DNA of 64,000 nt from Antedon mediterranea (lineage: Eukaryota; Animalia; Echinodermata): positions 15,481,881 to 15,545,880 of the forward strand of contig NC_092678.1 of the NCBI RefSeq assembly GCF_964355755.1. The letters run 5' to 3'. The translations under genes and the position numbers were made by a program. Of the stretch, positions 37,320-51,315 are shown in pieces. The notes under the pieces were generated by a model that was not told the DNA's origin, did no database searches, and saw only the letters and a list, made by a program, of their open reading frames with translations. The stretch's first letter is position 1; every line of letters begins with the position of its first letter.

Positions 37320-37950
37320 TCAAGTTCAGGTTCAGGTTCAGATTTATTCACATAATGCAAACACAATCATACAAAAATATAATAGATACAAATGGTTGGA
37401 AATTAAGTAAAGTAATAGTTGCATTATGCCTGGAGAAAACCATTTAAACCCCAAGGGGCTTTGAGCCTGGATCCACCAGAAAGAATAAAGTAGAGTTAAA
37501 AATAATAATAATAAGCATTGTGACAGACAGGGACGGACGATACAAACACGACAGGAAGGACAAACAGTATTTATATGATTCGCTTAATTAAATTTAATTT
37601 TAGTATTAATATGATCAAAATAATTAATTTACTTTATATTTTAATATTAGATAAGATTTGTAGTTTATTTTTAGAGTATTATTTTGTTTTGCTATTAGTT
37701 ATTGACGGAGAGAGTTCCAGAGTAGGGGACCGGTATGTAGTATAGAGTTAATTATTTGCTTACTGTTATAGTTTTTGGAAATGTAGTTGTTTGCGTTCCT
37801 AGTGTTATATGTGTGTAGTTCGTTATTTTTAGTGAAGAAACCGTTGAAAGCGGTTGGAAGTTTGTTATTTGAGTACCTATACATGAACTTAAATTGTTTA
37901 TTATAAAATAAAAACCTTTGCAACAACATTGATAATAATCTCATTTGTTT
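37320..37950 (-). mobile_element. LINE (CR1-group) 3' fragment
   Basis: Translates FMYRYSNNKLPTAF..HTYNTRNAN..GPLLWNSL, followed by a 3' UTR with AATAAA and a (TGAACC)n-like tail. Confidence 0.75.
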
Positions 37951-38498
37951 TTCGACATTGTTGAGCAGAATGAGAAAATTGAGAAAAAAGTGGTGTTACA
38001 AGAATCTAATTCCTTATTATATTTAGTTACAAAGGTTTAAAGAATTTTGTATAACATTATAACATTTTAACATTTTTATACAAGTGAACGAGCTAAGTAT
38101 TATGCTATTGTTAAGAAATTCAACTTTAAATTGTGTTTAATTGGTTTGGACACAAAAACATCATACATTCCAATGTGTAAACTGAAACAATAACACACCT
38201 AAAAAAGGATGATATAAATAATATATTACCTAGAATTCTTTTTAAAAACATCTCGGAATACTTGATAGAAATTTTCTTTTGAATATGTATTGACGCTTGG
38301 GACGTCATCCTCAAACTGAGGATCAACACTATCGTATGACTTTCTTTTGGTTGGGTTGCCAAGGATATCATATGCTGTGAAAAAGAAAATCTAAATAAAA
38401 ATGTTGCATAAATAATAAATACAAAAACAATCTTAAAAGAAGGTGGATGTATTTTTATTTAAGTAGTGAGACAAAACACGAATCAAATAGGTATATTA

Positions 38499-38668
38499 AA
38501 GCTCTGTCTACACTATCAAACTTTATGTGACAAAAAATATGATGTGCATGTGCATATAAAGACATGATGATGTCATCAATACCATATTTAAGCATTTTAT
38601 TTTCACTATCATATTTTAGGTATATCACACTTTTTGTCACATCAATTTTCATAGTATAGACAGAGCTT
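38499..38668. mobile_element. MITE, PIF/Harbinger-like TIRs
   Basis: AAGCTCTGTCTACACTAT ... ATAGTATAGACAGAGCTT, flanked by TA/TWA. Confidence 0.7.
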
Positions 38669-40471
38669 TATACATCTTCAGTATTATTTAGTAAGCAAAA
38701 GTTTTAATTGTTTGTAGTAAAATAAAGTAAGGTGTATAGCATGGTATAAACTTGGATCTCCATTAAAAACCACTCAGTGAAAGTCAACTACTATGTATTC
38801 GTCAATGAATACAATTACTTGCAACCGTAAGTAATTGTATTTCATTTTTTATAACTTATTTTTCAATAATAATACACCACTATTTATTTCATTAGCTGTT
38901 TTGAGCTTTGTAGTGAGCATTATTATGTTGTTTCTAAGAGCAAGAATTAACATGACTAGCTTTTAAAATGAAGGATATAAATTTGATTTAAATAAATTTT
39001 TAGTTTACTTGCTAATTATGTTATTTAATAAAAATAATATTAATAAAATAATAATATGGATATATTTGGAAATAATGAAAATAAACTGCTACCTTTTGTG
39101 ATACATGTGAAGTAATCATCATCTTCACTGACTTGCACAGTGCCTTCAAGTTTCTTTCATTTATCTGGGTGATGTTTTAACACTTTATGTTTATCTGAAA
39201 ATATAATAAAGTACATAAAGTACAACTCATTACAGAATCATGAGTTAGCATCAAAAAGTAAATAAATATATCCAACCATTAATACATTTTAATAATATAT
39301 AAAAAATTGATAAACAATATAAAAAATAAAATTAGGAATTGAAATTTTTAGACAATCATGAATAAGTATTAAAGTGCAACTTACCAACCAATCATGAATA
39401 AGTATTAAAATGCAATTTATCAGTCAATCATGAATAAGTGTTCAAGAGAATAAGTATTAAAACACAATCAAATGCATCACAGTTTTGAAAATTAAGTAAA
39501 TCAGTAAAATGTATTAAACACTAATGAATTTCTAGTAACTTACATGCTTTCTTAATGTCATCCACAGAGGCTCTATACCTTAGCTTAGAGAGGCCTAAAA
39601 CAGCATAGTGGTCTTGGTCCTGTATCAATAAAGATTTAACTAAATAACTAACAATATGAATTTCTATTAAGAAACTATCAACTTGTGACCACTGAGGACT
39701 GACAACCAATCTAGGTCAGGTCAATCACCTGGACCTAGAAACTATAAAGCCAGTGACAATGTGAGGAGCGAGGACACACGAACTGACATGGCAAAGTTTG
39801 GTTGTCGGTCGTCGCAAATCATATGCTCCCTAGGCCTAGAGTGTCTCTAGGATGTTGGGGAAAGTGAGTAGGGGATCTATCCAAGTCACAAAAATGCTTT
39901 TATCATCTTTCTAAAATTGGGAAGCTTTATGGTAAAAGAAATCTAAATACATGTGACCGCGGATTTGAACACTATTCCTGGGAATGGTAGCCAAGAGATG
40001 CAATCTCACTCACTCACAGTATTTTATATTTTTAAACCATTTTTGTAGCACTTTTATACCTTCCAATCTTTTGGATTTAGTGTCTTAAGCATAGTGTCAT
40101 CTTCTTCGTCGAATATCGTTTCCTCTTCTTCGTCAGATGAGCTACTGGATTGTACAGATTCATTGTGCGATAGTGAGTCTATTGGGACGAGGTTGAGAGA
40201 ATGCCTCATACTGTACCACCTGCCTACTGGTTCAATTTTAACATCGGACCTGAAAATAATACATTTTCGCATGATTTAAGATTTCAACAATCTGATTAAC
40301 AAAGGATGAAAATGTTAAGATTATTATATGATAGGCCTATACCTTTACTAGCTAGGCCTATACAATATTATTTTTAGGCCTTCAGAGTCCTAGCTAGGAC
40401 AGGTCTAATAAATAGTTATCGGCTATACTGTAAAAATACATCTATTCTAGGCCTATCCTATACTAATAATG

Positions 40472-41243
40472 GGGATATGACCGGTTGGGCCGCCGACAAG
40501 TTGAGCCGCCGGTGATTTCTATGAAACGCCCAGTGCATGCGTCTTTTACGACATTTCGCGTAGTGATTAGGATGGTGTCCTAGTACATAAGTTCATGGTC
40601 TTGGTTTATTGTGTCATGAAAATAAATAATATATAATTACATATTATAATTAACAACACAGCAAAGGAAAGTAGTAATATTTAATAATGTAATTGTTTTT
40701 AATCTTTCGAGGAAAAAATTCAGTGCACTCATAATTTTTCTCGCCGCGTGTAGGCCTATTACGTAAAGTCACGTTGTCCTCTCTCAGGACTAATTAATAC
40801 TAATAAGAGTATTAACATTCTTCGAATGAGGTTAAATAAATATTATTTTTTATTTACTAATCTTTTAATATCATATTTTATTGAATTTTACAATGTTAAT
40901 ACACCAAATATTTTACTAAAAAACGTGATTTTATGTAATTATTTTACCGAAAAATGGAGTAAGCCTACCTAGTTGTTTACGTCATTTTTGGCTAAAAACG
41001 ATCACTTTCGGTGATGTTTTATATTTTGGAATCTACAAGCCAGATTTTCATAATTATTTCTTTAATTATAATATTTAATAATAATATATACTAAAAACCA
41101 TGATATATAAACTTTTGAATATACGTCGATCCCTAATATAAATTGAACGAGCACCGGCGAAAGTTAGCATTTGGCGTTCCATAAAAAATAACGTTTTTCT
41201 GGTGGCGGCTCAACTTGTCGGCGGCTCAACTTGGCCTAATCCC
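40472..41243. mobile_element. Non-autonomous TIR element with 8-bp TSD (MULE- or Merlin-like) in DNAJC2 intron 1
   Basis: GGGAT..GCCGCCGACAAGTTGAGCCGCC and GGCGGCTCAACTTGTCGGCGGC..ATCCC. TSD TAATAATG at 40464-40471 and 41244-41251. Confidence 0.8.
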
Positions 41244-41890
41244 TAATAATGTATTGTGTGTAGAAGGTTCGTGTAGAAGGCCTACTAGCCTGACATAGGG
41301 AGGGCCGCCTAGTTAGCTATACCACTGAACTCCCTGGCTTATTACTGGCCTAGAGATAGGCTTTAGTAGCCAGGCCTTAGTACTAGTAGGCCCAGAGGCT
41401 GGTAGGCCTAGGCTATATGGCTAGCAGGGAATAATTTCGCCAGTGTATGTAGCATAGCAAAAAGCTATACAAAACAACAATATTGCTACACATTTCTAAA
41501 ATTGTGTAGCAAAAAATACAATACAAAACATGTTTCTTGACTCAAAAATCAGTTTGATTAGCAATTTTGCTAAACAAAATTACAAAATGAAATTTTTCCC
41601 TGGCTAGGCTAGTTGCCGCCTACTAAAAAACCCTACATAGCATAGCCTATAGGCCTAGCCTAGCTAGGCCCAGCCAGGGCCTCGGCCTATGCCTAGCTAC
41701 TGTAATATTAATGCCTAGGCATATTATGAATGTATGGTTTTATTGTACTTATATAGTTAAACAACTCACATGGTAGTCTTCCATATACAATAGACTCAGG
41801 CTGATTGTTCTCGTTTAATAACATTTTAAGCTCCGTTTTTCCTCGTAAAAAAGTCTACCTTCACAGGTCCCACCAGCCAGAAGAGACACA

Positions 41891-42121
41891 CAGTTGTCGT
41901 ATTCGATTTAGACTTTCACCGTTGAGTACAGTTTTTCCGTTGAGTACTTCTTTAACGGAGTATTTTGAGCGTTGAGATTGTTCTTAACGAAAAAGCTTTC
42001 GTTGTCAACGTTTTCTATTCGAATGACTTTCTGTTGAGCACAAATTTACAATTCGAATACAAAAAGTACTCAACGAATCTTTACGTTGAAAACGAAAGTT
42101 CCCAATCGAATACGACAATTG
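41891..42121. mobile_element. MITE immediately upstream of the DNAJC2 start codon
   Basis: TIRs CAGTTGTCGTATTCGATT and AATCGAATACGACAATTG, with ACACA on both flanks. Confidence 0.75.
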
Positions 42122-43379
42122 ACACATGTTGTCAAAAACAGCAATAGCACCCTCAAGAACGTGAAAATGTATACCATACCAAAGATCTCAAAGCAGCTAC
42201 TCTATCAATAGTGTAGGCCACTATGTAATATTCGTGTCATTTTTTTGTTAAAAGCAAAATTCCAGCTGATTTAGTGTCTTTAGGATGTAAAGTAATAAAA
42301 AAAATATGTTGCCATTTTTTTAAAAAAGCTTAAGGGTGTCAAATCCAAGATGGCCGCCAATACGTAAAATATCCAATAAATGTACCATATTGGACAAAAC
42401 AGCCATTATGAATAACATTTTAAGTTCATATGGGTTCTCTGCTGTATAAGAATTATTATAAACCTATATTCATTAGTATTCTGACATTTTGAATTTCAAA
42501 ATGGCCGCCATTTTTTAAAAATTGATTAAATCTCTTATTAAAACATGTGCAAGTTATGACGTTGATTGAAATCACATAAAATGATAGGCCTATGACAACA
42601 ACATTGGTGATTAACACAAAATGGCGGCCATTTTGAATTTTAAAATGGCCGCCATAAATTTCTTAAGTTAAATAAAATTAGATTGAAATACACAAAATGA
42701 TAATGCTTATGACAACAACATGGTGAGTAACACAAAATGTTGACCATCAGGAGGTCTACAGTACTGACAGTACACTTCTTCATATTAGAACATCTCATAA
42801 ACTTCTTCAGTTAAATGACAACTAACTCTGCCAAAGTCCTTCAATGAAATATTTCTAATCTTGAATGCGATACAATAAGTTGACCTTCCTTCGTTCTCTA
42901 CTACTGTGTCCATCAAACTTCCACAGACTGATCTGCGTTCCCAACAACCTTGTTCAGAAACAAATTGGCAAAATAACTGAAATACCTCATTTCACCGGCA
43001 AATAATCTCTATAGGAGTCCTCTTTTACTTTGATAAGTTTGTGACCTGTATTCACCGTCATATATATTTTTTGCCAATATTTGTCTTTTTCTTAGGATCC
43101 CATATATACAGTTTGCCTTCTACAAGACTTTTACCAATGCCTCAAACATTTTCTGTCCAATTTCATCATGCAATGGCCAACAAACACCTTTGTGCGAATT
43201 GCAACATTCTTCATTATTCGGGATATCATCTCCCTTTAAATATGTTAACTAGATTTGCCAGCTCTGATGAAATCATTAATTTGTGTTATTCCAATTATAC
43301 CACGCTCAATGACCCTGATCAATTGATGTAAATCCAGCAAGTCCCACACATACCCCAGTCAAGACATGATATAAACCAC

Positions 43380-44860
43380 ATATCACTATGATATCAGAAA
43401 CATCTCACACGACTGATATCGTACATGTGATACAATTAAGATATCAGTCTGATATCAAAAACTTTTCACACTAATGATATCATACACATGATACAACTCA
43501 GATATCAGTCTGATATCAAAAAATTCTCACAGTAATGATATCAAACAATATGATATAATTGAGATATCATTCTGATATCACAAACTTATCACACTTTGAT
43601 GTCATACAATATGTTAAAACTCAGATATCAGTCTGATATAAGAAACTTATCACACTTTGATATCATACAATATGATATAACTAAGATATCAGTCTGATAT
43701 CGGCAACTTCTCACACAATGATATCATACAATATGATATAACTAAGATATCAGTCTGATATCGGCAACTTCTTACACAATGATATCATACAATATGATAT
43801 AACTAAGATATCAGTCTGATACCGGCAACTTCTCACACAAATGATATCATACATTATGATATAACTCAGATATCAGTCTGATATCGGCAACTTCTCACAC
43901 AATTATATCATACAATATGATATAACTAAGATATCAGTCCGATATCGGCAACTTCCTAGACAAATGATATCATACTTATGATATAACTCAGATATCAGTC
44001 CGATATCGGCAACTTCTCACACAAATGATATCATACATTATGATATAACTCAGATATCAGTCTGATATCGGCAACTTCTCACACAATTATATCATACAAT
44101 ATGATATAACTAAGATATCAGTCTGATATCGGCAACTTCTTAGACAAATGATATCATACTTATGATATAACTCAGATATCAGTCTGATATCGGCAACTTC
44201 TTACACAAATGATATCATACTTATGATATAACTTAGATATCAGTCTGATATCGGCAACTTCTTATACAAAATGATATCATACTTATGATATAACTAAGAT
44301 ATCAGTCTGATATCGGCAACTTCTTACACAATGATATCATACAATATGATATAACTAAAATATCAGTCCGATATTGGCAACTTCTCACACTAATGATATC
44401 ATACAATATGATATAACTAAAATATCAGTCCGATATTGGCAACTTCTCACACTAATGATATCATACAATATGATATAACTTAGATATCACTCTGATATTG
44501 GCAACCTCTCACACAATGATATCATACAATATGATATAACTAAGATATCAGTCTGATATCGGCAACTTCTTACACAAAGATATCATACAATATGATATAA
44601 CTAAGATATCAGTCTGATATCAGCAACTTCTTACACACTGATGATATCATACAATATGATATAACTCAGATATCAGTCTGATATCGGCAACTTCTTACAC
44701 AATGATATCATACAATATGATAGAACTGGGATATCAGTTTGATATCGGCAACCTCTCACACAATGATATCATATACATAATATAATTTAGATAGGCCTAT
44801 CAGTCTATCAGAAACTTCTCATACTAATGATAATACAATGATATAATTCTGATATGAAAC
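43380..44860 (+). repeat. Satellite of about 60-bp units
   Basis: More than 20 units of TGATATCATACAATATGATATAACTAAGATATCAGTCTGATATCGGCAACTTCTCACACAA. Confidence 0.95.
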
Positions 44861-46806
44861 TTTAACAGCGTATTCTAAACGTTGATTCAACGTTGAAATA
44901 ACATTGTCTTTCTAACTACTAACCTTTTACGTTTATTTATCAATGTTAATTTAACGTTGAAAAAATGTTCAAATTTAGTTGACATTTTTGTCAAAAAAGG
45001 TTGAAGTTATGTAGTGTTTTTAACCAACTATTATGTTTGTTTGTTTATCAGTGTCATTTTAACGTTAATTTAACGTTGAAATTCATTTGACAATTTTGGT
45101 TAAAATGACACCATGGTTTTATATATTATACAGTATTTGTTTTAATACAAATGTTCTACATATAGTAGGCCTAATGTATAAAAACTATAGCCTATACCAG
45201 TTGTATTGAATCAAAATGACCTTTCACGCAAGATCAAATTTCATAAGATACAAGCTTGTCATTGGTTGGTTTCATTTTGATACACTTTTTAAACTGTTGT
45301 CAGTTGCTTGGTGTTGATGGTGGTGGTGTTGAGACAAAGACTCATCTTTTTGATAATTGTAAATACAGGTAAGAAAACAATCTTGTTTTTATTTAGTAAT
45401 CTACTAATTTATAAGCTTAGTCCTTACAGTTTAACTAGTTTACAATAATAACTATAGCCTTAGTTCACTTGGCTTGTGTTGTGATAATAAGAAACTAACT
45501 AGAGCCTGGCAGGGTGCTGAACTCAACTGTATTATAATTACTGGATACTATGCCAAGGATAACTCCAGTACTTTTTATGAAGGTTATAAAATGGTATGTT
45601 GTAGGCCTGGCTAGGCTGTCTGCAGCTCCTATAAACACATGCTAGGTATCACAGCTATACAATACACTCACTCACTTTCTTTTTTTTCAGATGTAGGCCT
45701 ATAGCCTAGTAAGTAGCTAAGTAGGCCATAACAAGCCATTACTTAGCTAGAAAAGACAGCAATGGAATAATAACTGTTTTAATACAGTTAACTGTAATAT
45801 CTTCTGATATACGTTAACGGTTGTTTTACATTAAAAGGAGTAATACACTGATACTGTTGAATGTATATGAGCTTTATTGAATTGAACTAATTTTGCTTGT
45901 CCGAAGACTGGAGAGAATATAATAATCTATTAACTGTTCACTGAGTTGGTATATTGTGGAATTTATAATTGTTCTAATGGGATTTCTAACGGGAGTTACT
46001 ACAGTATAAACAAGTGTTGCTGTCCAGTGGTCCGATTTGCCCTAGCTTTCACTGAGGTGAAGGTGATGTGACATGATGTGCATCTAAACATATACAGATG
46101 ACCATTGAGATAATATCTAATATGGGATGATCAATGATTTCAGAAATAAAAGGTTGGTATAGTGCTTAACTCATTGACTTGATAATATGTTGTGCAATAA
46201 TTATTACACTGTTAATATTATTTATATTCATTTATAATTTGAGACTTTATATAGTGATTGTGTACATTATTTATCTAAGTACAGTACTACATATTGAACT
46301 ATTTATAGACCATACATAACTTTTAAAAGTAAGTACTGTAGCCCAATGCTTATTATAAATACGAGATTAAATTATCTATTTTCAACATATAATGTGGTTG
46401 GAATCTATAACTATTAACTTTAAATCTGTTAAAAAATGTTTAAATTTTAAACATATTACTGACCAAACTCTGTAGTTTTTCATAAAATAATAATTTTAAA
46501 ATAGTTTTAAGTCCTTTTTCTAGGTACTACATATTGAACTATGTATAGGCCTATGTAGATGTTTAGTAAAATCTGTAGCCCAATTCTTATGATGCTGTGC
46601 TGCACCCTGATCTCACTCAAGATATAAGTGTACAGTACTGTACACAATTAAAGCTAGAAATGCTTTAGTCCTGTGAGTGGCCCGGATCTCGGCGAATTAG
46701 ATTTGCTTTTGAAAGGGGGGTGGCACATATTTCTCAAATTGGGTAGTGCAATAACTGATTTTTTAATAAAATGAAATATAATATATTATTTATTTTGCTG
46801 TTGCAG

Positions 46807-46997
46807 CTACAGTGAAACACTTCCACAAGGATGACAACATAAAAGTGAAGAGGGGAAAGGAGTACATCAATACAACAGTAAAAATGGAAGCCGGAAAACA
46901 GATGGAGGTTTTTCTTTCAAATGCTGCGAGCAGAATTAAAAGAAAAGCAGCCCCACCAACTCCAAGACACACATGGAACTACTATTTTTTTAAATAA
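46807..46997 (+). pseudogene. Probable terminal exon remnant of an EnSpm accessory gene
   Basis: Acceptor TTTTGCTGTTGCAG is followed by an open frame TVKHFHKDD..EAGKQMEVFLSNAASRIKRK, which loosely resembles the C-termini of DUF4806/BEN-like proteins. Weak support. Confidence 0.3.
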
Positions 46998-47489
46998 CAT
47001 AATTATAACTCCGCTTTAACCACGTGCCGTAGATCCGATAAAATATACCAACAAACCAACATAGAATAACAACTTTTTTCAGCTTCCTTTTTAATTTTAA
47101 TAGACACTTTGCTTACTAGTTTTTGTTTTAATCAAGATTTTAAAATAGCTTGTAATAATAAAATGTTACTTGCCTATTATTACATTACTTGTATTGGTTT
47201 ATTTATGACTCGCGGTATGGGGAGGATCATGTTATTGAGAGTGTAAAATCTAGTCCGCAAGAATAGGCACTAAATCAAGGATATTTCTATGGTATATTTA
47301 TTATTGTTAAGCTCACAGCGATCTCACCATGATCTCCTATGATTATTTATTATAATTATCTCATGGCGACCTCATCAGGATCTCATTGTGATCTTACCAT
47401 GATCTCATTAGTATCTCATGGCGATCTCACTGTGATCTCATTATTATCTCATGGCGATCTCACCATGATCTCCTCATTATCTTCATGGT

Positions 47490-48000
47490 GAGATCTCACC
47501 ATGATCTAATTTTATGATATCAATTGCTGATATCACTTTGGTATCTATTTGTGATTTCAATATGATATCATAATTGATCTCTTGAATATCTCATAGGCTG
47601 ACATCAATGTAGAGATCGCCATGAGATCATTCTATGATATCAATTGCTGATATCACTCTGGTATCTATTTGTGATTTCAATATGATATCATAAGTGATCT
47701 CTCAAATATCTCAGAGGCTGACATCAATGTTGAGATCAACATGAGATCATTCTATGATATCAATTGCTGATATCACTCTGGTATCTATTTGTGACTTCAA
47801 TATGATATCATAAGTGATCTCTCAAATATCTCAGAGGCTGACATCAATGTTGAGATCGCCATGAGATCATTCTATGATATCAATTGCTGATATCACTCTG
47901 GTATCTATTTGTGATTTCAATATGATATCATAAGTGATCTCCCAAATATCTCAGAGGCTGACATCAATGTTGAGATCAACATGAGATCACTATGAGATCA
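47490..48000 (+). repeat. Tandem repeat of 120-bp units (about 4 copies)
   Basis: TATGATATCAATTGCTGATATCACTCTGGTATCTATTTGTG... recurs at an exact 120-bp period (47521, 47641, 47761, 47881). Confidence 0.95.
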
Positions 48001-49593
48001 AATTCTTACCTGGGACATGTCCTCTCATATACATATATAGGGATATAGTTTAACCACATCATTTAGAATTCGTCGACTCTCTGTATTCAAGTTAATATCT
48101 TTATGATCAGCCTCTTTAAAACAAAATGATACTTAAACTTAGAATCTCTTTTTTCTCTGTCTGCATTTGTAGAAGCAAGTTGTAGAGAGAAAGCAGAATT
48201 AGTGTGCTTCTGTCCTTTAGAGATGTTTTCCATTTAAGATATTTGTGTCACTGGTTGTATACCGTAGGTAATACAAGTTCAGTTTCAACAAAAGCACTTG
48301 CCTCAACACTATTTTCACAATGATACATGTCCAAAAGCCATATAGTTCACCGGGTCGACATAATAATTGCTTTTTGATGTCATCTCTGTCCACCTCAACT
48401 CATCTCGGGCAAGAGTCATCACCAGGCATTCTTGTCTTTCCCTAGTACATGAGTTTGTATACCACAACCATGTGCACTCATCAAACCAGTGTATAATACT
48501 GGTCTGTCTGTACATATCTAATGAACTTGGTTGAGATTGTAGAAGATGAGAAGTAGGAGTTCATTCATTTACAAGGTTATTTATAGGCAGAGCTGTATCT
48601 GTATTTCTTTCAAGCTTCTGCCAAAAGTCGACAGATTTAAAACTTACCAACCATACTGGTGACTATGGCCCTGAAGGTTCAGAAATTGAATTACATAGCA
48701 ATAACGCATTTATTATTTAACATATTTATACAGGATTTCACAATAAGGTATAAATGCACTTGTTTTATATTGTGGTCCTGTCTCCTTTCAAGTTTCAGTT
48801 TCATGAAAAGAAATGAGATCTGTAATTTAGAATCTATATAATATATAAATTATGGTTAATTCTGACATAGGCGAGCACAATGGAAAACTTTGGAACAAAT
48901 TTCTGCCTTGGATAAATACCTGAACTATCTTAGGTGTACCGCGAAATGTAAAACAGTTTTCACTATTACGATATTGTTCCATATTTCTATCTTAGGAATA
49001 TTCTGATTCATTGGTAGATTTTCAACTCAATTTCAATTGTACGCGGTCAAATTAACTTCCGCGGGTTCACGATGAGTTCACAGGTTCACCTTGCAACAAC
49101 TACCTGGTTTCAGTTAAGTTGGTCGTTAGTGGCTATAGCTATTTTATTTTTTTGTTTATTTTCGGATCAGACCGCGCGTGTGAAGGTACAGTAGTTAAAA
49201 AATAAAATCCCGACGATAGCCGAGTTTTATTGAGTAAGCTGGCAGGAATATCTGTAGGCTATCTGTGTCCCATTAGGGCCCATATTGCAAGCCGTCTAAA
49301 ACATCTTCTTGGGCCGAAACGGCCTACACTGTCGCGGAAAATAGTTTCAAAAGATGTTTAAATTAAATAATGTATTATGATGGTATTTATTTGAATAAAC
49401 GCCTCCCCAATAAAACATCACTTTGAATAATAATCGCCTACACCGCCCCCTCCCCCAAGTAACCCTTTTCATCTGGCCAGACGCAACACATGGCATCTCT
49501 ATTTCTGAACAACTCTGGATACTGTACGTTGTTTTTATTCACATCATGAATTAGGGTTGCCAAATATGCGAATGCGAATTTAAGTAAAGGGCT

Positions 49594-50905
49594 TGTTACA
49601 ACCGCTAATGTAGAAAACGCCAGCTAATGTCGAAACAGCCGCTAATGTAGAACAATCCACCAGCTAATGTTTGTAGAAACACCAACAGCTTATGTAGTAA
49701 ATACAAATATACACCAGCTAATGTTGAACGGTCAACAGCTAATGTAGTAACGAAAATTGCCTCCCAGCTAATGTAGTTATTATCGCCAGCTAAATTAGAA
49801 AATATAATATATTTTACAAATCTATGTCTAATTCATGCAAATGTTAGCAACCACCTCTATTGAACGACCACCATCTCTGTTAAGGGACCGCTTCTCATAA
49901 TCGCCCACCTCTTGTAAGGGATCATCTTCTTTCATAAGAGACCGCTTCTCATAATCGACCACCTCTCTCGTAAGCCATCACATCTTTTAACGACCACACC
50001 TCTCGTAAGTGACCACATCTTTTAAGGGACCACAACTTCTTTCTTTCTCTTAAGGGACCACTTCTAATAATCTATCACCTTTAGCTACGAACACCTCTCG
50101 TAAATGACCACCTCTATTGAACGACCACCATCTCTGATTAGAGACCATTTCTCATAATCGAACACCTCTTCTTGATAACCTCTTCTCATAAGGGAACGCT
50201 TCTCATAACTTTCGTAAGCGACCACCTTCTTAACGACCACATCTCTCGTTAGAGACTACCTCTTTAAAGGACCACCGTTTTAAATGGGCTGCTTTTCATA
50301 ATCGACCACTTCTCGTAAGCGACCACTTCTCTTAACAACCACAACTCTCGTAAGTAATCACCTCTATGAAGGGACAACAACCTCTCTCTCTCCCCATGAC
50401 GAGAGGTGTGTTCGTTAAGAGAGGTGGTCGATTATGAGAAGCGTTTCCTTGACAGAGACGGTGGTCGTTTAATACAGGTGGTCACGTACGAGAGGTCGTT
50501 GTTACGGAAGATGGTCGATTATGAGAAGCGATATCTTAAGAGAGATGGTGGTCCCTTAAGAAAGATGGTGATTCTTTAAAAGAGATCGTCACTTACGAGA
50601 GGTGTGGTCTTAAGAGAAGCTATCGATTAAGAGATAGACTGATAGCTAAGTAAAGAAATGCATTTACACATGATGTAGACAAATATATAATATTTTCTAC
50701 ATGCTGGGAGGCAATTTTCGTTACAACATTAGCTGTTGACCGTTCTACATTAACTGGTGTTGATTTTGTATACATAAACAATTTACTACATAAGCTGTTG
50801 GTGTTTCTACATTAGCTGAAGGTTTTACTACATTAGCGGTGGATTGTTCTACTTTAGCGGTCGTTTCGACATTAGTTGGCGTTTTGTACATTTGGTGTTG
50901 TAACA
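49594..50905. mobile_element. Foldback element with TGT...ACA ends (Ginger-like) and an internal inverted GACCACCTCT repeat block
   Basis: TGTTACAAC..GCTAATGTAGAA repeats are mirrored by TTCTACATTAGC..GTTGTAACA. The inner region 49850-50640 is itself an inverted array. The TSD is not clean. Confidence 0.7.
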
Positions 50906-51315
50906 GATCATTTCAATTTCATAAAACACGAAGGTGTTTTTGAAGGATTATGTATTTGATAATAATTTATATAATTGTAATATAACTTGTATTCGTGACA
51001 TTTCGTAGGCCTAGAGGTTTTATATTCTCTGTACTTACTCAGAAACTCGGTAAAATCATATTAGATTGTGGAAATTATGAATCTATTAAAGGTAATGTAG
51101 CTTTCTTGTTATTCTTGTCAGAATTTTTTTTTTTAACAGGCTGAGCAGTTATGGTTCTAGTGGTTTGCATTGTAACGTGAACGACGTACTAGCCTATTAG
51201 AGCAATCAATAGGCTAATCTATCTCACGTATACCCATTTTACATTTTACATAATACGAACACGGTTGAATTTATATTACGTTTGGGCCAAATAATTTTAG
51301 ATTATGTTAGAGATA

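Larger units (their letters stand above)
33874..41824 (-). pseudogene. DNAJC2: DNAJC2 (MPP11/zuotin-related) copy, disrupted and internally deleted
   Basis: Nine GT-AG exons: 41770-41824 (MLLNENN..), 40060-40249 (IEPVGRWY..LNPKDWK), 39544-39619 (DQDHYAVLGL..), 39093-39194 (VLKHHPDK*..YFTCITK), 38230-38374 (YDILGNPTKRKSYDSVDP..NSR), 36951-37051 (WEVIASFIN..), 36015-36116, 35278-35429 ([36 protein letters not shown]) and 33874-33930. TGA at 39157-39159; exon 1/2 phase mismatch. Confidence 0.92.
43354..48014. mobile_element. Non-autonomous EnSpm/CMC-like element with subterminal satellites
   Basis: CCCAG...CTGGG termini with a 2-bp TSD AC (43352-43353 and 48015-48016). GATATC-rich tandem arrays lie at both ends. 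Confidence 0.75.

Noticed and set aside
41425-41602. hAT-like MITE (CAGGGAATAATTTC...GAAATTTTTCCCTG)
   Set aside because: The TIR is plausible, but there is no clean 8-bp TSD in the low-complexity GGCTAG flanks.
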